Assembly (NCBI GenBank): GCA_964355785.1
Contig: CAYHEU010000001.1
Span: forward strand, 1-35,207
Source of the DNA: an uncultured Candidatus Saccharibacteria bacterium
Lineage (GTDB): Bacteria > Patescibacteriota > Minisyncoccia > UBA6257 > 2-01-FULL-56-20
Length of the DNA stretch: 35,207 nt
Reading direction: 5' to 3'
Shown: one piece after another, positions 30,590 through 35,207 of the stretch
Layout: each line of letters opens with the position of its first letter
How positions within the stretch are numbered: position 1 is the first letter of the stretch
Position numbers and translations under genes: made by a program
Notes under the pieces: generated by a model
Database searches by the model: none
What the model saw: only the letters and a program-made list of their open reading frames with translations
Told to the model about the DNA's origin: nothing

Positions 30590-31051
30590 TTAACTCGAAT
30601 ACGCGCGATTTTCGATGTCAGAGATTTTTTCAAGGCGGCGGCGATGGCGCTCCTCACCGGAGAAAGGAGTTTCAAGAAATACTTTTGTTATTTTTGCGGC
30701 ATCTTCGTTGCTCACGAAATCGGCTGCAAACGTGAGCACGTTTACATCGTCATCGTGCCGCGCGTCGTAGACCTGATCGCCGGAGAGAGCAAGCACCGAG
30801 CGGACGCGGGAGAATTTGTTTGCCGCAATATCCATCCCCGTGCCAGAACCACACATAAGAATGCCTTTGCTTCCTTCGGGATCCGCGCTCACTTTTTTTA
30901 CCACCGCCGCGGCGAAATCTGGATAGTCGTCTTTCTCGTCGTACACCTTGTTTCCCATATCAACAACTTCAAACGCCTGCTCTTTCACAAGTTCCTTGAG
31001 ATATTCTTTGAGATTGAATCCCCGATGGTCCGCGCCGAAGTAGATAATCAC
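30590..31051 (-). CDS. rpiB: Ribose-5-phosphate isomerase B (RpiB/LacAB family)
   Basis: …IIYFGADHRGFNLKE…GILMCGSGTGMDIAANK…DARHDDDVNVLTF… Start is uncertain. GTG at 31051 is preferred because the track TTG start at 31078 lies inside the upstream terminator hairpin. Confidence 0.8.
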   Translation of the reverse strand: MIIYFGADHRGFNLKEYLKELVKEQAFEVVDMGNKVYDEKDDYPDFAAAVVKKVSADPEGSKGILMCGSGTGMDIAANKFSRVRSVLALSGDQVYDARHDDDVNVLTFAADFVSNEDAAKITKVFLETPFSGEERHRRRLEKISDIENRAYSS

Positions 31052-31066
31052 CCCTACATTATAACA

Positions 31067-31095
31067 AACCCCGCCCAACGGGGCGGGGTTTTCTC
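31067..31095 (-). terminator. GC-rich hairpin terminator after the 774-aa gene (bidirectional shape)
   Basis: AACCCCGCCC-AACG-GGGCGGGGTT. The minus strand is followed by TGTTATAAT and the plus strand by TTCTCGTTT. A TATAAT hexamer (minus strand, 31058-31063) directly follows. Confidence 0.6.
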
Positions 31096-31110
31096 GTTTA
31101 TAAGTCGGCG

Positions 31111-33435
31111 CTATCGCAAACTTTGAAGCTGATTGAGTATTGTCTGGAGCTGACGCGTAATCTCGTCAATTTGCGCTTGGTACGATTGGAGAAGCGAGCC
31201 GGAGATAGGTTTTGTCGTGCCGCCGGGAGTTGGACTTGTTCCGCCGCCGCTTGTCGTAAGAGTAAAGGAATTATCGCTTGTATCCCGTGTGAGCACCTGA
31301 TTGGTAGTGAAGGAATAGAGCACGGCCACTATGCGATACTGGCTATCCGCCAGCGCGGTCACCACACCAGCAGTCGAAACATAATCACCCGCTTTCCATG
31401 TATATGAGCCGGCGGTCGGCAGTCCTCCTGCACCAAGAAGCACGCCGGTTGCGCCCGGCACGAACGGCGGATCGCCGGGCTTCTCAAGCGCGAGATATAC
31501 CACGTTATTTCCTGTAGGTAGTGTACCACCGGCCTTCCAGCTTATCGTGGTATTGCTCCCGATTTGTAGTTGCTCCCCGCCATTTGGCGCAAGGACGGTG
31601 ATGGCGGGGGCTGTTGAAATTGCTGTAACAATGCTGAATGCCGCGTCACTCAAGTCTAAATTACACTTCTCCTGGGTACTTGATAAACAATAATTCCCAT
31701 TGGCAGTTTCAGATACGACGATGATCTTATATGATCCCGCAATAACAGGCCAACGCACGGTGGTGGTTAAATCGGTTACATATTTACCATCCCACGTTAC
31801 AAAACTATTTGGCGTTGCAGTTAGATTGATCCATCCGAGCAAACCAGAACCGACGTCAGGGTCTGTCTGTGGGTCATAGGTTGGCCTTACAAGACCAATC
31901 TGAACTTTATTTTTTCCTCCAGACCAACTGATTTTGTTTACGCCACCCTGGAGAAAAGTTTCGCCGCCATTTGGAGAAAGCACGGTGATAGTGGGCACGG
32001 TGGTACCGGAGGTAATCGTAAACGGCGCGTCACTTGAATCACACATAGCCTTACCGGTCGGATTCGGAGTTTGTTCGTCGCAAATAGAGATACGATACTG
32101 GCCAGACGGTACGTTCGAAGCCTCTGGAGGCAATATACGTTCATTGTTTCCAATCAAACCACTCGCCGGTCCTGAGTAATACATGAGACCATTTGACCCG
32201 AATAGGCGAATAACAAGGGACGATGCCGAATAAATTTGATTCCAACGTACCGTGATAGAAGTCCCGGTCTGATATATCTCTCCGCCGTTCGGCGAGAGAA
32301 CGGTAATCACGGGGGCGGTGGTAACGCCACACTGAAACTCTGCGTATTCGTTATTGCCGTCAATCGTCGTATACGCATATCCGCCGCAACTCGATTTCCA
32401 CGTGAGCTTCGTACCTTGAGGCCCGCTTACGTCAGTCACGCACGTGCCAATGCCGCTACAGCCAAAGGTGAGGGGGCTGCCACTCTCAACTGCCGTGTAG
32501 CACCGTTGTTCGGCCGTTGTGTTATTAAATACACACTTCACCTGCTCTTTTACAATAGTGGCGCCGTCGGAGGTTGTGAGCGCAAAAGTTCCAATGTTGC
32601 TTGTGCCGTTCACGTTGGTCACCGAAACCGGATAGAGTCCGACTGCCGCCGAAGGCACTTGAAATGATAATTTTGTCAGGTCCTTATCTATCGCGGGAAC
32701 ATCTTTTATCACAATACTCCCGAATGTAACGTCGTTCTTTATCGGCTTGAAGTTCCCACCGGTGATCGTAACCGAAGTACCGGGAGGAGCAACCGATGGC
32801 GACATGCTCGTGATAAAAGGAAACCCTTTGGTTTCAAGTGAAGTCGTATCCTCCTTGACGCCGGTAAATGTTTTAGCCGCCTCAAGCGTCGGAGCTAATA
32901 CTAAACCGCACTCCGGTATCGCTCTCTGATTTACGGCAATTCTCTCGTTGAGCTTTGCCTTGGTTGCGTCATCAAGGACTCCGCTCACGGGGAAATTGTA
33001 TTTTTGCTGGAATCGTTTGAACGCTACTTCCGTGAGCGGTCCATAGTAGCCAGTTACATATCCTTCGGGATACACTTTTTCGTCGAGCGAGAGGTATCTC
33101 TGGAGCACGCTCACGCTGTCGCCCTTGAGTCCGATCGCAACCGCCTGTGGAAGATTACAAGCCTGTGGAGTCTTTTGTAGCACCGAAGCGAATATCGGCG
33201 ACGGCTCCGTCGGCACTATACCAATATTGGGATTAGTGGGCACTAAAAACGGCTGCCCTTGCGCGTTTGTCTGTGCCGGCAGAGCGGCGTTCACCTGCGC
33301 TTGAAGCGCGTTTACCTGCTGAAGCAACGCTTGTATCTGCGCCTGCAACTCTTCGACTGTTTGCGCTTTTGTTCGAGCAAAACCCGCAAACAAAAGCAAA
33401 CCGACCGCTAACGATAGAACGATGGTTTTTTTCAT
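31111..33435 (-). CDS. Secreted surface protein: signal peptide, coiled coil, PG-binding-like domain, IPT/TIG-like domain, three ITVL(S/A)PNGGE repeats, C-terminal coiled coil
   Basis: 774 aa. MKKTIVLSLAVGLLLFAGFA signal. LQAQIQALLQQVNALQAQV. VSVLQRYLS…GYYGPLTEVAFKRFQ. SMSPSVAPPGTSVTITGGNF…VSVTNVNGTSN. Three repeats begin P(V/T/A)ITVL(S/A)PNGGE. Confidence 0.85.
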   Translation of the reverse strand: MKKTIVLSLAVGLLLFAGFARTKAQTVEELQAQIQALLQQVNALQAQVNAALPAQTNAQGQPFLVPTNPNIGIVPTEPSPIFASVLQKTPQACNLPQAVAIGLKGDSVSVLQRYLSLDEKVYPEGYVTGYYGPLTEVAFKRFQQKYNFPVSGVLDDATKAKLNERIAVNQRAIPECGLVLAPTLEAAKTFTGVKEDTTSLETKGFPFITSMSPSVAPPGTSVTITGGNFKPIKNDVTFGSIVIKDVPAIDKDLTKLSFQVPSAAVGLYPVSVTNVNGTSNIGTFALTTSDGATIVKEQVKCVFNNTTAEQRCYTAVESGSPLTFGCSGIGTCVTDVSGPQGTKLTWKSSCGGYAYTTIDGNNEYAEFQCGVTTAPVITVLSPNGGEIYQTGTSITVRWNQIYSASSLVIRLFGSNGLMYYSGPASGLIGNNERILPPEASNVPSGQYRISICDEQTPNPTGKAMCDSSDAPFTITSGTTVPTITVLSPNGGETFLQGGVNKISWSGGKNKVQIGLVRPTYDPQTDPDVGSGLLGWINLTATPNSFVTWDGKYVTDLTTTVRWPVIAGSYKIIVVSETANGNYCLSSTQEKCNLDLSDAAFSIVTAISTAPAITVLAPNGGEQLQIGSNTTISWKAGGTLPTGNNVVYLALEKPGDPPFVPGATGVLLGAGGLPTAGSYTWKAGDYVSTAGVVTALADSQYRIVAVLYSFTTNQVLTRDTSDNSFTLTTSGGGTSPTPGGTTKPISGSLLQSYQAQIDEITRQLQTILNQLQSLR

Positions 33436-33542
33436 TTTTTTGAATCCTCGGGCGAAAATACCCAGAATCCGGTTTATTCGTGACCTTTTGAGGTATTGTA
33501 TCTCATTACTGGTCTGAAGTATAGCGGAATAACCTATAACGG

Positions 33543-34583
33543 TTAGTCGGCCAAATACGGTTGGTACTCTATCGAAAAATTCACGTAAACCTTGTCTATC
33601 TTAATGATTTTCCTGTCGCGAACGATGGTTTTGAGTATCAATCCCGTTTTGGTTTCTTCGGAAAAATTCTGGTCAAAGACAAAATTGCCCAAGCTGTAAG
33701 CGATCCAGCCGTCCTTATATTTTTCTACCTCTTGGATTACGTGCGGGTGGTGGCCGACCACGAGGTCTGCGCCAGCGTCTATGAGCGCGTGAGCAGTATT
33801 CCGCTGCGTCCCATTCACTGCGGTTTTGTACTCTTCTCCCCAATGGAAGGAGATAACAACAATGTCCGCCGTACCAGAATTTTTTATTTCTCTTATATCT
33901 TTACGTATGCGCTCGAAATAAAACGAACTTATGCCGGAAGAAAATCCTCCTGCTTCCAAACTTTCCAGATACAAATCAGTAAAAGCGAAAAACGCGATTT
34001 TACTCTCGCCGACATTTTTCACAACCGGCGCGTTCGCTTCCTTAAAATTTCTGCCGGCACCGACGGGCGATATATCGTTCGCCCTAAGAATATCGATCGT
34101 GTCCTCCAAGGCGTCCCGACCCCAATCCCAAGCGTGGTTGTTCGCAAGCGAAAGAATATCGAAACCCGCAAACACAAGCCCTTCCGCAACCTTTGGATCC
34201 GCACGGAACGAGTACTCGCTCCCCTGATTTTTCCCCCGAGCAGAGATTGGCCCCTCTAAATTCCCAAAGACAAGATCCGCGGACCGAAGATAATCGGCAA
34301 TTTTTGAAAATGGGTACCGCGGATCACTCTTTTCTTCAATGTACTTTGCGACGTTCCGCGAAAGCATAACGTCTCCCGCAAAAATGAGAGTTGCGCTCCT
34401 TTTCTCTTTGAGTCGTTCTTGAAGTTCACCATCGCTCAATTGGATTTTGAGGAGTTCTGCCTGCACCTTGGCGCGAAACGCTCGCCGCCACGCAAGATTA
34501 AGTTCTCGCCCCACGAGCGCAAAACTCTCTCCCCAGAGGATGAGGAGAAGAATCGCAATAACGAAATAAATTTTCTGCCTCAA
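33543..34583 (-). CDS. CapA-family (PGA_cap metallophosphatase-like) protein
   Basis: 346 aa. …LIFAGDVMLSRNV…, …SLANNHAWDWG…, …ISFHWGEEY… and …GADLVVGHHPHVIQ…. TTG start, N-terminal TM helix. Confidence 0.8.
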   Translation of the reverse strand: MRQKIYFVIAILLLILWGESFALVGRELNLAWRRAFRAKVQAELLKIQLSDGELQERLKEKRSATLIFAGDVMLSRNVAKYIEEKSDPRYPFSKIADYLRSADLVFGNLEGPISARGKNQGSEYSFRADPKVAEGLVFAGFDILSLANNHAWDWGRDALEDTIDILRANDISPVGAGRNFKEANAPVVKNVGESKIAFFAFTDLYLESLEAGGFSSGISSFYFERIRKDIREIKNSGTADIVVISFHWGEEYKTAVNGTQRNTAHALIDAGADLVVGHHPHVIQEVEKYKDGWIAYSLGNFVFDQNFSEETKTGLILKTIVRDRKIIKIDKVYVNFSIEYQPYLAD

Positions 34584-34584
34584 G

Positions 34585-34650
34585 CTAGATGAGTGCCGCG
34601 ACGCGCAGGATATGTTTCACGAGTGTGGAAACGTACCCAGCGTCGCGATT
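34585..34650 (-). pseudogene. Relic 3' end of a glyceraldehyde-3-phosphate dehydrogenase gene
   Basis: Minus strand encodes …NRDAGYVSTLVKHILRVAALI*, against the live gap C-terminus …DNEAGYVSTLIKHVQRVAQII*. 13 of the last 19 aa are identical, and most differences are synonymous-type with GC-richer codons. Its TAG lies 1 nt before the capA-family TTG start. Confidence 0.7.
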
Positions 34651-34743
34651 CGCTATACAGCAAATCGCTTCTTCAGAACCCACGGTTCTGAATAATCTTC
34701 TACACGGGAGGAACCTCATACTTTCCTCCCGACCCCTCCTTCG

Positions 34744-34823
34744 GCGGGATATGTATCGACTTTCACTCATATAATTTGCGCTACTCTTTGAACGTGCTTA
34801 ATTAAAGTCGATACATATCCCGC
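34744..34823. repeat. Perfect 20-bp inverted repeat spanning the gap stop codon
   Basis: GCGGGATATGTATCGACTTT (34744-34763) and its exact reverse complement AAAGTCGATACATATCCCGC (34804-34823, inside gap codons AGYVSTL). The 40-nt loop contains the gap TGA stop. Confidence 0.85.
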
Positions 34824-35207
34824 TTCGTTGTCATACCACGAAAACACTTTTACCAAATCGCCGTCCACGACTTTCGTAAAGTTCGTGTCCACTATCGCGC
34901 CGTAGGGCTCGCCCACGATGTCCGAGGACACAAGCTGGTCGTCCGTCACTTTCAAGATTCCCTTCCAGTGAGGACTCGCTGCCGCCTTCCGCAAAATGTC
35001 GTTCACCTCTTCCACGGTTACTTTGCGTTTGGCGAGGAAAGTGATATCGGCAATGGAGCCGCTCACGATCGGCACCCTGATAGCGATACCGTCAAACTTT
35101 CCTTCCAAATCGGGAATGGCGCGCGTAACCGCGATTGCCGCGCCGGTCGAGGACGGCACAATATTCTGCGCCGCGGCGCGCCCGCGGCGAAAGTCGGGTC
35201 CCCGCGT
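34767..35207 (-). CDS. gap: Glyceraldehyde-3-phosphate dehydrogenase, C-terminal part (gene continues beyond the window)
   Basis: …RRGRAAAQNIVPSSTGAAIAVTRAIPDLEGKFDGIAIRVP…WYDNEAGYVSTL… The frame stays open to the window edge at 35207. Confidence 0.9.
   Translation of the reverse strand, partial: TRGPDFRRGRAAAQNIVPSSTGAAIAVTRAIPDLEGKFDGIAIRVPIVSGSIADITFLAKRKVTVEEVNDILRKAAASPHWKGILKVTDDQLVSSDIVGEPYGAIVDTNFTKVVDGDLVKVFSWYDNEAGYVSTLIKHVQRVAQII

Noticed and set aside
34585-34774. The 61-aa ORFs on both strands (34585..34770- and 34589..34774+) as real genes.
   Set aside because: The minus-strand ORF is only recognisable over its last roughly 20 codons as a gap C-terminal relic, preceded by hairpin-rich non-coding-looking sequence with no RBS. 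The plus-strand ORF is its antisense shadow.

Overview
35.2-kb fragment at about 45-50% GC that looks like a reduced Patescibacteria/CPR-type (Parcubacteria-like) genome. That placement is an inference from gene content only. Most genes lie on the minus strand.

Gene content:
- Housekeeping: leuS, metG, bL25, TatD, an M16 peptidase, an AI-2E permease, HtrA and YvcK.
- Sugar-phosphate block: class II aldolase, a PfkB kinase interrupted by a stop codon, a split transketolase, rpe, rpiB, and gap at the window edge.
- Cell surface: a 1238-aa beta-helix/FN3 protein, a 774-aa IPT/repeat protein, a LamG-tailed type IV pilin, a lytic transglycosylase and CapA.
- RNA genes: three tRNAs (Ala-GGC, Ala-UGC, Ser-UGA), none with an encoded CCA.
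- No rRNA, CRISPR array, transposase or integrase was seen.

Most unusual signals:
1. leuS carries a complete alpha/beta serine-hydrolase domain of about 180 aa, in frame at the entry to the CP1 editing domain. A free-standing paralog sits at 2618..3241.
2. Two families of GC-rich structured palindromic mini-elements (30-36 nt) are inserted exactly in codon phase in leuS. One family also sits in the D-loop of a tRNA-Ala fragment, and the copies show compensatory base changes.
3. The 5' half of tRNA-Ala(UGC) is duplicated, with a GIY-YIG ORF filling the gap up to the intact tRNA.
4. Strictly 7-nt-periodic stop-codon arrays (TAG/TAA) sit at gene boundaries. Two form inverted arms, one pair flanking a four-helix-bundle (23S-IVS/Avd-like) gene and one pair empty.
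5. A relic gap 3' end lies beside a perfect 20-bp inverted repeat that spans the live gap stop codon.

Coordinates of non-ORF features were counted by hand and anchored on the ORF track, so expect about +/-2 nt. All homology calls come from motif recognition by eye, not from searches.
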